Notes: generated from the sequence alone by a model not told the origin. DNA of 64,000 nt from the human T2T-CHM13v2.0 reference genome, Homo sapiens (GCF_009914755.1 NC_060928.1); one strand, 5' to 3'; shown: positions 33,101 through 53,070, counted from the stretch's first letter. Made by a program: numbers and translations.

Positions 33101-33677
33101 TGAAACTATCCCCAAGAACATTTTGTAAAATTGATTAAGGAGGGGAAAAAAATCCAACTAGGCTTACAGCTGCTGTTATTAAGCCAGCTTGCAGTGTGGC
33201 CGACTTTCTTGTAGCTGGTTGCTACTTACTACCCCAGGAGAATGTGGCCCTTGTCACAAGACTCTTCATTCTTTTTCTGCTCTGAAGATAAAATCTAAGA
33301 CATTATGAGAAGATAAGCTTTCTGTTTGCATTGCTTCTTTAGGTCCCGCATACCAACAAAACTAAGGACGCCAACTTGTCTGGAAGGCCCAATAAAAAGC
33401 TGATTCATGGAGGAATGCAATTGTCACATCCTAATGATTTCATCTCCCTTACCCCAACGAATCGATAACCCCAAATTTTCCAGCCCCTCACCCTCCACAA
33501 ATCCCCTTAAAAAACTTTGCCTAGAACCCCTTGATGAAATGGATTGAAGCTTGAGAACTCTTCCTGTTTCCTGGCTTGTAACTTGTGATTATTAAAACTT
33601 TCTCTGCTGCAAGCCTGCTGTCGGAATACTGGTCTGTTTCTGCACAGCCGGCATAGGAACCTGGCAGTGCTGTAACA
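33101..33677 (+). mobile_element. Solo ERV1-class LTR (LTR8/LTR26-like)
   Basis: TGAAAC...TAACA termini, ATTAAA poly(A) signal near 33591, flanks ATTC/GTTC (degenerate 4-bp TSD). Subfamily uncertain. Confidence 0.7.
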
Positions 33678-33799
33678 GTTCAACAACTTAGAGGTTCACT
33701 GCTGGAGATCCCTGCCTCCAGTTTCCTTACAATCTTCATCTTATGTGAGCCTACAGTAATTCCTGACATTGCTTTCACCTGGTGGTTTGTCCATTTGCA

Positions 33800-34174
33800 C
33801 TGAGTCACACCCACTTGCAAGAGCTGATTGTTAAATGTTCAGTAATTTTGTGAGCTAGTTTTCAAATACAGCCACTCAAAAATTATATTACAAGCAAAAG
33901 TAAAAATACTCAAAATTTGTCACTTCCTAATTATTTTACATTTTACTATTATCTATGCTCTTCAGGTTATTTACGTGCATTTTATCTATATGGTGGAAAT
34001 TCAATGTAATGTTATACTACTGCACATCTTCCAACTCCTCTTTTGATGATGTCACGTTGGCCATGGTGGGAGCATTTACACACCATGGAAATCAGTAAAC
34101 ACCGCTAATCAGGCCCTTACACTCCAACCCACTCCCCTAGAAGTCAGTTGTTCAACATGTACCAGCTCATCACT
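33800..34174. mobile_element. MER63-like hAT-Blackjack DNA element
   Basis: End gtcagttgttcaacatgtaccagctcatcactg resembles the MER63 terminus. Confidence 0.55.
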
Positions 34175-34801
34175 GTTTCTACTGCATGTTCCCATGGCAT
34201 CCAGCTATTAATATAAATCAGTCTATTTATGGTATTTGTTGAATTGCATTTCAATTGTTAATTTTCTGTCTCAACTAGACTGTGAACTCCTGGTTCACAA
34301 GGGCTATACCAATATCTGTGTTCAAAGCACAGCACTAAATACATAATAGCTGTTTGATAAATATTTGTTGAATGACATAGAGCATTTAACTGCTTTAAAC
34401 AGAAAGGTAAACCACAAAACAACAAGAATTTAGCATACTTTCTAAAATGAGTATTTTTCAAACTTTTGGAAAGTTGTGTTCCTATTCTCAAAATGCAACT
34501 ATTTTTGCAACTTCTTCTTTGGAAAAGCCTTCAAAGCTGCTTTGTCAATCACATGCAAAATGTGCAAAAATCCCAAAATTAATGTCATTACTGAATGGAC
34601 ACGCCAGGTTTTTGAGCCAGCTTCTTCTCTTACCTTATTCACCACCTTACTTCAGAAAAATGTTTGTCTGTTTCCAAAAAGTTAGTCATTGTCAAGATAT
34701 GCATTCATTAAAGGTATTCAAAAGATACCAGCTTTGGAAGCAATTTCAAGAGAAGTATTCTAAAATTACTTTCATCCATTCACTCACCCAACAAGTATTT
34801 A

Positions 34802-35208
34802 TCCATATGCCCATTTTACAGATCAGGAAAGCAAAGCTCAAGAAGTTTGAGTAATGTATTTAAGGTTATACAATGAGTGACACTAGCAGAATTTAAACCT
34901 GTGTGTTCTGGACCTATTTTAAATGATGCTATCTATTAAAAATAGTATGTAATTATTATTTTAAAATAGTAGTTTGTAACTACTATTTTAAAATAGTATG
35001 TAATTACTATTTTTAATAATAGTATGTAATTACTATTTTTAATAGGGCAACATCAGAATAACCTCATGGTCTTTACAAGATGAAGCATCATTTAAAATAG
35101 GTCCAGAACACACAGGTTTAAATTCTGCTAGGGTCACTAGTTGTATAACCTTAAATACATTACTCAAACTTCCTGAGCTTTGCTTTATCTGTAAAATGGG
35201 GATATGGA
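34802..35208. repeat. Long inverted repeat of a MIR segment around an AT-rich palindromic tandem array
   Basis: Arms 34802-34930 and 35084-35208 are reverse complements, with 5 substitutions and one 4-nt indel by manual alignment. Confidence 0.95.
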
Positions 35209-35269
35209 AGAGGCAGTTATGATGATTAAATGAGAGGTAATTGCTCAATGACATCTTCCCCTAGATAGA

Positions 35270-35689
35270 CTGACTATACAAATGGACAATGGCCAGATCA
35301 TATGTGATAACAGAACTCTCACCCACAACCTCTCTAGCAACTAGACTTCCAAACCACCACCTCTGCAGCAATCAGCCAAGAATGGTTAAGACTTGGGCAA
35401 TGACTGCCAGCTTCCCTCTTTTATTACTCGCTTCTAACTTAAGACCAACCAGAGAAAGCTAAATATCCTCCTTAAATTACATAAGATGCCCTGTTTCTAG
35501 TTAGCCAACCTCTAGCTTCTCCTTGCCAACACCTCCAATCGGCACACCTGAATTCTTCCCTGTACCTGAATCTTTCACTATAAAGCTTTCCCACTCCCCT
35601 GCCTGCCTTTGAGACTCTTGACAAATGTAAATGATGGTGACTGACTCCCTTCTCTAGCACGCTCTGAATTTCCAGTTTTCCTGGAGACT

Positions 35690-35690
<1 letters not shown>
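35270..35690 (+). mobile_element. ERV1 LTR (MER110/MER90-like), probable 5' LTR of the adjacent provirus
   Basis: LTR-like sequence with CCAATC (35536) and CTATAAAG (35578), directly followed by retroviral internal sequence. Confidence 0.6.
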
Positions 35691-41985
<6,295 letters not shown>

Positions 41986-42536
41986 GTCTCAGTCCATTAG
42001 AGCAAATCTCATGTCCCCCACCTCCCCCTCTCCACTCCCCACCACCTAGTCCAGACTTCTGTCTGCTCCCCTTGGACAAATGCAGTGGCCTCTGCATCCT
42101 CTTTGCCATCATCCCCTCATTCCAGTCCACTCCTCACTGAGTCGTGAGAATTCCTTAAGTAGACATCTCCTTCCTCCCCTGCTTGGAACCCTTCAACCGT
42201 TCCCATCACACTGAGCATATGATCGCAACTCCTTTCCTTGACCTATAAGGCCCTGCAAGGTCTGGCCCCACTGATTTCAAGGATCAGCCTCCCTCTGGCC
42301 AGTGGGCTTCCACCCTGTGCACCTCCTTGCACACTGGAAATACACCAGCCTTTTCTTTTCCCACCTCACACCTTCCCACATGCTGTGCCTTCTGCCCCAA
42401 ATGTTCTCTTCATTTTGCGTGGCAGCTTTTTCCTTTTCCTTCAGTGTAAATGTCACCTCCTCTGAGAAGCCTTCCCTTTCCATTTTGTCTAAGTAAGAAC
42501 CTAGTTTTGAGGAAAAGCCCTATATATTCACTTTAA

Positions 42537-42833
<297 letters not shown>

Positions 42834-44370
42834 ACCCACTTTAAATTATTGTATGAGTTGATCGCTTGTATAATATCTGGATTGGAAGCGTCTGGAAGAC
42901 GGGAACCCTATTTATTCACCTACTCTTCTGAGCACTTAGCATAGTGCCTGGCACATAGTAAGCATTCACAGTTTTGGATGGATAAATGATAACAATGGAT
43001 TCCAAGGGTTGCTTTTCTTTTGGTGGTTACTGAATGAACCCAGATGTGGAGACAGGAGAGAGAGTAGGGACCAGTGACAAATAGGCGACACCTCATATTT
43101 TGAGAGTATTTTAAATTGAAAAGGAGACGTTTTCTAATGGTGGATACAAATAGGCAAATAATGACCACATTGCTTTACCATTCCATCCGCGTATGTTTTA
43201 CAATGTTTAGGGTAGAGGAAACGACAAGTCTCTTAAGAGGCATGGCAGGATCTGACTGTCATCAACCTCATTAATGAGGCCTCTTAAACAACTTGAAGCG
43301 GAATAATTTCCCTAAAAAAGCCGCTTCAAAGAGCAGTTGGAAGTGGAGAGTGAGGGAGTAATAGAATCAGTAACTAGGTTGCTGAGAGAAGTCTCCTGTG
43401 ATTAGAAAAAGAAAAAAATGTAGTAATTACATTCTGTGGAGACTAAGAGAACTCAGAAACCATGGTCTTGCCTTCATCTTTATTTCTAATGGAGAGAGAT
43501 GAAATAAAATCTGTGGATGTAGCAGAAGGTCATTTAAGGCCTTCCCTGTGATGAGTAAAGCAATCCTGTCCCCAGAGGGAGGAAAGATACGTAGAGAAAG
43601 CTTCCTTCAAACACTAAAACTGCTGAAATAGTTATAATTCCCAGTAAAAGCAGGAGCAAGAGAAAAGCTGCAGGAGATCTGTCGGGAGTCCGTGAACAGG
43701 CCTGGAGCCTGGGGCTTTTGCCACTTGAAACAGAGTGAGGGAGAACTTCAGGGGCCTTTGACTTGGAGAGACGGCGGCTGTGGGGAGGATCAAGTACTGG
43801 CGGGGAGTGCAGTCTCTGGAATCAGACAAATGGAGTTCCAAGCCTGGCTCCCCTTGTTGCTCCAGCATAGGTTTGTGCAAAATATCCCACACCTCTAGGC
43901 TTCAGCTGATTCTTCTATGAAAGGGGTTAATAATAAAGAGGGAAGGCAATGACCACGTGGTAGGGAGGGACTCCCTCTGCCTGCCCTCGCAAATGTGAGG
44001 GTTCATGATCACAGCTGATACAGCTAGTCGTAGCCATGGTGGCGAATAGGCCACTTGATCCTAGATGTGTGGAGAGTGTGGACTGGCTCACTTCAACTCC
44101 TTCCAACCAACCTTACCAGGGGCTACAAAACGACAAACTATATTCTCTAGGCTCCCTCCCAACTAGCATTCCAGAAACAAATCAAGTTTGGCCATTAGAT
44201 TATACTCAACTGAGATTTGGAAGGTGGATCTGGTGGAGACCAACTTCCTGTTCCATGACAAGCCTTTGATGTCATTGGCAAACAAGGTAGTAGGAACATG
44301 AGGCTTTTCAGCCTTTCTGCATCCATTTTCCAGCCTTCTGCGTGTCTAGAGGCAGCGTGAGGAGCAGCGC

Positions 44371-44891
44371 TGTAACCAAATGCGGGTCCGGTTGCTTGTT
44401 GCCTACAGAGTTCAACAAGAGCAAGGTCTGGTGGAAAGAAAGTGACTTTATTAACCAAAACTAGTAATGGGAAGTGGCTGGATTCCCATCCAAAGTGACC
44501 ACTTTGAATTTGGGGGGAAAGACAAGGGGCAAGGGATTAAAAAGGGGAAACTTGATATGGAAGACATGCAAGAATTAGACTGAATACAATGTCTGTGTGT
44601 CTCATTCCAGTGGCTGTCTTGGGTCTCAGTCTACCTGGAGCATGGGCTGACATCATCTCCACAATGGCTGGGTTGTTCACTAGCCACCTTGAGATAATCT
44701 CTGGAATTTTGTAGCTGGGTCTCCAGGCTTGGTCTGCCCATCTCAAGATTAGCCCCTGGAACTTCTAAGAAGGCACATAATTAGATACTAGCGTACCGTT
44801 AGACAAATGTGGAGGGAGTGTATGCGGTGAGAAAGAGAGGGATGTGGAGTTTATTTTTTTGAAGGCTTCTGCAGTTTGCTTCAAGGTTACA
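44371..44891 (-). mobile_element. ERV-type LTR nested in an older LTR remnant (about 44000-45175)
   Basis: Perfect 7-bp inverted termini TGTAACC...GGTTACA; minus-strand AATAAA near 44447. Family not assigned. Confidence 0.55.
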
Positions 44892-46297
44892 TCTTGAAAC
44901 TCATTTTGAAGCCAAGCTGCTTGTTTAGTGTGGCTTCCTGATACGGGAACAGTCTCACAGTTGAAATCAGTAGCCCTAGTGGTGGCCTCAGAGGTAGTAG
45001 CTCTTCTGGTGGGTCAGTTCTGCTTTTTTCTGGGAGTCATTTCTGGAAACCTAGTCTAAAGCCCATACCCTTAGACCTTCCAATTATTGTGTAAACAGCC
45101 ATTCCCTGAATTAAATCCCTTGGAAGTTAAGACATCTTGAGTCATTTCTTTCTCCTGCCCTCAATCTTGACTCTTACACCAGATTTTCGCATTTTTTTCC
45201 TTCACAATCCCAACTGTGTAGCACATTTTTATAAGTGAGAATTTTTTTTTTCTAGAAAAAGCATCATTCACTTCACTTGGTTGTGTTACTTTTCCTGAAT
45301 TATTTACATCAATGGAAAGACTGACCAATCACCCCATTCCTACATAATTAAGCCTGAGGCATTGCCATTCCCTGGTGACAGCTGCACAAACTGCAACTGT
45401 AATGCTGGGCAGGGAATAATTAGAGTCAATAGAGCAACTTCACAATCCCAAGCCAATAAAGTGAAGCCTGATACTGATGTTTTAATGGAATATTGAAAAT
45501 GAAGAGTTGAGAGAAAAGACTTTCTCCAGCATTGTCCAAGAGAGATAGAGCATTGATGACTCAATGAGTCTTCCTGCCAGTTTGGCAGATACAGCCTTTT
45601 AGTTGAGAGTGACTCACCATGCCTCAGTGGTGACTGTATTCCTTAAAAATAGCAGCTCCCGTTGCAATGGACTCAAATCCTTTTTGCAAGGAGGCAGGAA
45701 ATAAACTCACTCTGCAACCTTCTTATTTCAACTTAGTTTCCCTATTGGTCATTCTAACCATCTGACATCTGTGCTGGTGTGGTTGTTACTTCTCTAAATC
45801 CATAGACACTAATAAATTAGCATTCTAGTCTTTTTTTTTTTTTTTTAGCTTCTTGTGAGACTGGTTACAATGATTCAGTTCAACAGAGCCTGATTCTCTC
45901 TAAGAGAACTGAGAAAAATTTGTGAACCTAAAGATCTGAGTCCAAATCTGAGACCCAAAAACCCATGAACCCTGAGATCTTCTTCTACCCCTAAAGCCTG
46001 ATTTGCAGTCCAAGCGAGTGGGCAAACACACACTCTCTGGCCAATTCTTCATTATCTGCATGTGGGTCATTTGTAACCATTTATTTTCAATTATAAGACT
46101 AGTTGAAAAGGCCGGCCTCTTGAGTTCAAGAGATATGAGTTCAAATCTTGGCTATGCAGCTTCCTAGCTGTGTGATCTTGGACAAGTTACTTCACCTTTC
46201 TGTGCTTCACTTTCCTGATCTATAAGGAGTCAATAAGAAAACCCACTTGACATGGAATTAAAAATATATAAAGTAACTAGCATAAATAAATAATAGT

Positions 46298-46595
<298 letters not shown>

Positions 46596-46911
46596 CTAGG
46601 GCTCTGTCCAAAGACAGATAGAAAAAGGGTTCCAGGAGGAGGAAAGTGTAGGAGGAACAGTGTGGTGATAAAAAGAAGCCTGATAGGCCTTTCTGTGACA
46701 GGTCTTAAAGGCCATTTTCAACTCAAATAGTCTGATTACAAAAGCAGCCACGAATGCTTCCTGCTCCCAGCATCCACGCCCTTAGGCAATCCTGTCTCAC
46801 TCTGGACTTGGTCATGCAACTGGCTGTGACCAGCGGGATGGGTGGTAGCAAATGTGATTCAGGTAGAGGCATTCAAAGGGCTTGCACATCTGGGCTGACC
46901 CCAAGGATGTG

Positions 46912-47238
46912 CAGTCATCCCTCTGTATCCATGGGGGATTGGTTCCAGGACCTCCCAAAATCAGTGGACACTCTAGTCTCTTATATAAAATGCTGCAGTG
47001 TTTCCATATAACCTATGCGCATCCTTTTGTATCCTTCAAATCATTTCTAGATTACTTATGTTACTTAATACAATGTAAATGCTGTGTAGATAGTTGTTAT
47101 ACTAAATTATGACAAGAAATAATGACAAGAGAAAAATCTATATGGGTTCAGTACAGTCTCAATTTTTTCCTGAGTATTTTCTATCTGCAGTTGGTTAAAA
47201 CCAGAGATGCGGAGCGCATGGATACGGAGGGCTGACTG
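46912..47238 (+). mobile_element. MER2 DNA transposon nested in an MLT1-like LTR (about 46735-47515)
   Basis: TIRs cagtcatccctctgtatcc ... ggatacggagggctgactg; internal gggggattggttccaggacc. Confidence 0.82.
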
Positions 47239-47849
47239 CGCTTGGAACATTTCTGTCACCATGTGAACAAGCCTGCTCTAGCCAGGTGGATGCTGTGAAA
47301 CACGTGGCCCAGTCCTCTCCAACATCCCAGTCAACAGCCGGCACTGCCAGAGACATGGCAATCCAGCTCTCTGCAGCTGCCTATAGATTCACACGCAAGC
47401 CCAGTCAAGACCAATAGAATGGCCCAGTTGAGCCCTGTTCAAACTGTAACCCATAGAACTGTGACCAAAATAAATGGTAGTCATTTTAAGCCATTACATT
47501 TTGGGATGGGTTGTGAAAGAAGTAAAAGCTTGCTGAAAATTGGGGGGTGAGCATGAGAAGTGGGGGCAGATGAGTGACATAGGCAGGTATGAAATGCTAT
47601 CCAGATCGATGTGCATTTAGGAAACTGGAGCATTCTAAATATTTGATTGAGCAAAATAACTATTTGCATAAATTTGCTTCAAGATAAATAGGTCGAGCTC
47701 CCCTTCCTTTTTCCCTTCCTTTTTTTCTCTCCTTTTCTCTACTTTTCCCTTCTTCCTTCCTCTCTTCCTCCTCCTCACAGAAAATAATAATAAATAAATA
47801 GGTTGACGAGTGATTACTGCCTGCAAAAGGTAGTGATTCATGATGTCTT

Positions 47850-48015
47850 ACAGCCTTGTAGCTCTAGGTGCTGTCTGTGGACCGGAGGCATCAGCATCAC
47901 CTGGAGCTTATTGGAAACATGGAAGTTGGGCCCCACTCTAGATCTAGTGATCATAATAGGAATTTCAACATCCCCAGGTATTTCTTTGGCGTGATCACAG
48001 TTTGAGAGGCACTAT
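47850..48015. mobile_element. MER5A-like hAT-Charlie element
   Basis: gcatcagcatcacctggagcttattggaaac...cagtttgagaggcact. Confidence 0.6.
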
Positions 48016-48195
48016 CCTATCCTAAAAACAGAATCCACATTGAGCACTCACGTCATTCTTTGCACTCTGCTTAGATTTTTTTAAAAAACTTCTTTAGCTG
48101 CTTCAACATCCCTTCGTTTCCACCTGCTCCCTACCATTGCATTAGTAAAACAAACAAAAGCCACCTTTATCCTTTGAATTGTATCATCACAAAAC

Positions 48196-48226
<31 letters not shown>

Positions 48227-48814
48227 TTTCTTGGGAACTTTGAGTGGACCCCAGTAAATAAAAATTGCTTTCCCCATCCAGATTTTGAACCAATTAAGAA
48301 ATAAGACAAACGATAACGCAGATAGAGGCCAAGATATCATCTTTATCACTGTTAAAGGCTAAGAGACATTGCCAAATGAGCTTCCTCTATAGCATTCAGA
48401 ATTAGCCAGATTTATCCATTATCAGTTGTGGTCCAGGGCAGTCTCACCCTGCCTTCCCCAAAAAGAAGGAAGAAAAAAGGACTGGTTGGGGGAAAGGACG
48501 GGAGTAAGAGATGGGCTGGAGAGAGCCAGGAGAGTAGCCTCTGCATAAAAGGAATCTCTAAGAATGGAGAAAGCCATGTGTGGTGGTGGTAATGAGACAG
48601 TCACGTTCTATAAAATGCAGTCATCATCACATCTAGAAATGTCTTAAAATCTAAATGGTTTGGAAATGCTCTTTAATGATGACTGATGGTAATCTGTTAA
48701 AATGAAATAATACAGATTGTACTGTGTAATTTTTAAAAGTGATATTAGGTTTAGGTTTAAAGTTGATGATAACAAAGAACATGTTTGAAAGTTTATGTCT
48801 TATTTTTGTGGGTT

Positions 48815-49110
48815 TTTTTGTTTGTTTTTGAGACAGGGTCTCACTTTGTCACCAGGCTGGAGTGCAGTGGCATCATCTTGGCTCACTGAAGCCTCGACCA
48901 CCTGGGTTCAAGCCATCCTCCTGCCTCAGCCCCACAAGTAGCTGGGACTATAGGTGCAAGCCACCACGCCCGGCTAATTTTTTGTATTTTTAGTAGAGAC
49001 AGGGTTTTGTCATGTTGCCCAGGCTGGTCTTGAACTCCTGAGCTCAAGCAATCCATCCGCTTCAGCCTCCTAAAGTGCTGGGATTACAGGTGTGAGCCAC
49101 TGCACCCAGC
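48815..49110 (-). mobile_element. AluJ-like
   Basis: Reverse Alu flanked by GTTTGAAAGTTTATG copies at ~48783 and ~49113. Confidence 0.9.
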
Positions 49111-49868
49111 TGGTTTGAAAGTTTATGACAAGAATACTGCAAAAAAAAATGCTTGCCAGACAGAACATCTTCCTTTGACTCTTCTGTGAGTGAAATAAAT
49201 GAACCTCTGTTGTTTCAGCCACTGTACAAATATTTCTGCAGTGATGCAAAATAGATGTTACTGAAAAACACACACTCAGCAAAAGCGAACATTAAAAAGA
49301 CTGCTTTCAGGAATATCAGGATTATAGTCAGACCACTAAAAAATTTATGCAGCTTTGTAACTAGAACACTAACAAAACAGTATTGGTACCTTGAGAGAGA
49401 CAACTTGGACAGTCCAGGCAGGAAGCTCAACACGTTTGGAAGTTGCCTCAAGGCTTTAAAATGCTATTCAAAATAATTGTGGAATATCACAGAGATGAAG
49501 AACAGATTAGCCATTGCTGGGGTTAGGGATGGGTGGAAGGGGCGAGGTATGGCTGTGAAGGGAGCCTTGTGGTAATGGAACAATTCTGTAGCTCAGTTGT
49601 GTAGTGGCTATATTAATCTATACATGTGATACAATTGCACAGAGCTGCACACACACACACACACACACACACAGTATATAAAAATGATCAAATCTGAATA
49701 CACTCTGTAGATTGTACCAATAAGCAATTTCCTGGCTTTGTTCCTGTACTGTAGTTGTGCCAGATGTTACTATTGGGGCAGCTAGGTGCAGGGTATATGG
49801 AATACATATAGATAGCAATTTCCTGCAAAACTATAAATTTCTCAAAAATCAAAAGTTAAAAAAAAAAT

Positions 49869-50157
49869 TGGCCAGGTGCAGTGGCTCACACCTGTAATCC
49901 CAGTACTTTGGGAGGACAAGATGGGCGGATCACCTGAGGTCAGGAGTTTGAGACCAGCCTGGCCAGTATGGCGAAACCCCATCTCTAATAAAAATTCAAA
50001 AAAATTAGCTGGGTGTGTTGGTGGGCACCTGTTAGGAAGGCTGAGGCGGCAGAATCACTTGAACCTAGGAGATGGAGGTTGCAGTGGGCCAACATCGCGC
50101 CACTGCACCCCAGCCTGGGTGACAGAGCAAGACCCTGTCTCAGAAAAAAAAAAAAAA
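49869..50157 (+). mobile_element. AluS after an L1M 3' fragment with (CA)n (about 49480-49860)
   Basis: Alu with a small internal deletion; (CA)n at 49648-49672. Confidence 0.88.
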
Positions 50158-52631
50158 TTTTAATTACCGGGCAGAAGTGCTATCTGTGGTTGTAGAATCA
50201 ATGCAGATGGAAATGGAGCCCTGAGCCAGTGGCACTGTATCTAGGCAGCCAGAAAAGGAAGTGTAACCTGCCCTGGGCATGGCTGGGCGTCTGCCTGTTT
50301 AAAAAGGATGCTCAACATGTTGTACTTATTTTTATTTTCTCAACATATACCAGAAATAGTTCTTGCCTGTGTATCAGCCAACCTAAGGATATTCTCCCCC
50401 TTTCTGTTGAAGGTTAGAATTCTGTTCTCACTACTCAAGCTCCTCTTCTTTCAACATATGTTAGCGTTTTGAATTTGATGTGTTCTCTTTATTCAGGATC
50501 TACGTAGCCATTTAGAAAGGTATACTTGATTGCAAGCGGGACATTTTCCAAATATAAGCCATAATATATGTAAGGATCAGAGAGTCTTCTGGGAAGATTT
50601 GAATCATGTGAACAGACCTCCCTTTTGTGCAGATACTCAGGTGTATTTCTGGGAACTGGCTTCTGCAGACTGTTGATGTCCCCATGTGTAAATGAATACA
50701 CAGGCTCAACAAAACTATAGTTGGTGACTGCAAAAGCCCTCAACTCAAAGGTCTTAACCATCATTGCAGAGGAATCACCAGGGGCATTTGTTTAAAATGC
50801 ACATTTCCTGATCTTTTCCCAGAGTTTCTGAATCTGTTGGTCTGGGGACAAGGTCCAGGAATCTGCAGTGTCACATGCACCCAGGGCATGTTGACGCTGT
50901 CTCTCTGAGGACTGCTCTTTGAAAAACAGGCTTATATCACAACAAGAAGGAGGCTGGCCCACTAGCTTTTAAGTATTTAGCTGATTTCCTGCTGAAATAG
51001 TGCAATGTGGTTAACAGTGAGCCTTGGAAGAGATGAGTAAAGGTGATGCTTCAAAGACATGCTGAGCAAACTGAAAAGCAAGTTAAAGCGCCGTGACATT
51101 GCTTCCAAAAGCCAAGGATTGACAGCAGCTGACAGTCATGCTGGTACCTGTGTCACCTTTGAATACAAAGAACATTGGGCATTTTGACTTATTTCAGCAG
51201 GGATAAAATGTTAGGGAGGAAAATATTCCCCTAACTGCCTTCCTCCTCTGAAACATCAATGTAGAATAATAATGCCTTCTACTCATGTATCAGCTTTCCA
51301 ATCACCAACTTATTTGAAGGCATCACAAAAGAGACCTTTTAAATCATCTACCCTTAGGCAAATAGTACATTTCTTGAAATTCCTTGAATGTTGAAAAATG
51401 TACTTTTGAAAAAGACATTCCAAGACATTCTTTATAGCTTAGAAACATTTCCGTCTCAGGATGTTAGGAGATATCCAGGTGAAGTAAAAACACAGAAGGA
51501 GGCAAAAAGCTGGTTGGCAGATTATTCAGACATCCAGGAAAATTCTATGCCCATGTGACTCTGTGTTGCATTTGAATTTATAAAAATCATGAGATCTGTG
51601 TTTCTCCAAACACTGCTTCAACCATTCAATGAAAAACATCCTTCTTGCACTCTTGGAGACACTGAGTTCTGCCTGGTCCATTTTTAGGACTTGCATTTGG
51701 AAGACCTTCGCCTCAAGGACTAGAGTTCATTGTTTTTGTATATTCAACATTTAGTATATTATCCAATGTGTAAAAGATATTAAATAGTGTTGACAGATTG
51801 AAGGGCCTCTTCTAGATGGCACTAACTAAGGGGAATTTAGAATGGGGTGGAAGGAGGAAAAGGAAAGGTTATTACCAGACCCATTCTCTCCTTTTGCTTT
51901 GAAATTCATGGTACTCGATAATTGGTTCACATCCAAAGAGTTAACTGAACTAGATGAGGTGCTGTGTAACTTCTGCAGGCCAGAGGGAAGAGAAGAGAGT
52001 AAGAGCTAACAAGTATTCAAAAAAAAAAAAAAGAAAAGAAAAAGCTGAAACCTATAGTCTCAGCTGCTTGGGAGTCTGAGACAGGAAGATCCCTTGTGCC
52101 CAGGAGTTCAAGTACAGCCTAGGCAATATAGTGAGCCTTCGTCTCTAAAAAAAATTTGTTTTTAGTTTTTTAAAAAAGAAAAAACAATAGAGCTAGAGAT
52201 CTTCAACAAGTAAGACCCAGTGTCAAGGCAGGCCACTCTAATTAGATATTTGGATCAAATATAATTTAAGGTTAACAATAATTACTGCACCAGACCCTTT
52301 ATTTGAATTATTACATTTAATCCATACAACAAACCTATGAAAAGGAATAATCTGTAAGAGGCTTATTGCAGCCCCAGCCACTATCACCTGATGGATGCCC
52401 AAATAATTGTGTTTTAATAAATGAAGGAATGAGTGAGGAAATCTTCACCTTTGCAGGTAAAGAAACTGAGGCTCAGAGAGGGAAGGGAGCTGTATTTGAA
52501 TAGCCATTCTATATTTTCAATGTGCTAATAATAAATGTGGTTTCATGTAATCAAGTTTATTAACTGTGCTCATACATGTTATTCTACTCTCAGTGTGACC
52601 TCCAAGGTCTACCAGTTGTGAATCTTAGCAA

Positions 52632-52646
52632 CCAGTAGGTGGCGTC
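52632..52646 (+). promoter_or_regulatory. CTCF-like motif
   Basis: CCAGTAGGTGGCG matches the CTCF core CCASYAGRKGGCR in non-repeat sequence. Confidence 0.5.
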
Positions 52647-52814
52647 CCCATGCAGTATTAATACTCAATGCTCATCCAGTAGCAGCCCCTTCCAAATTGA
52701 GGAAGTAAGACCCCTCTGGAGCACTTCAAAATAGTAATTTATAAGTAAGATAAAATGATCATTGAAAACTCCTGGAATTGCATCCCAATGGCTTTTATAA
52801 ATGTATTTTTGATA

Positions 52815-53070
52815 ACGGAGTGAATTGTGCTACCCCTCCCCCACAAAAATATGGTCACCCCTAATCTCTAGAGCCTATGAATGTGACTCTATTTGAAAAA
52901 AGAGTCTTTGTGGATGTAATTAAGTATCACAAGATGAGATCATTCTGGATTACCTAGGTCATTACCTAAATCCAATGGCGTATCCTTATGAGAGCAGAAG
53001 AGGAGAAGGTCATGTGAAGACAAAGATAGAGAGTGGCAGCCACATACCAAAAGATGTCTGCAGCCACCAA
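52815..53070 (+). mobile_element. MLT1-like LTR fragment
   Basis: tatgaatgtgactctatttgaaaaaagagtctttgtggatgtaattaag...gatgagatcattctggatta. Confidence 0.7.

Noticed and set aside
34447-34854. 135-aa ORF outside obvious Alu/L1 sequence
   Set aside because: No recognisable domain, AT-rich codon use, and the 3' end runs into L2/MIR-like sequence.
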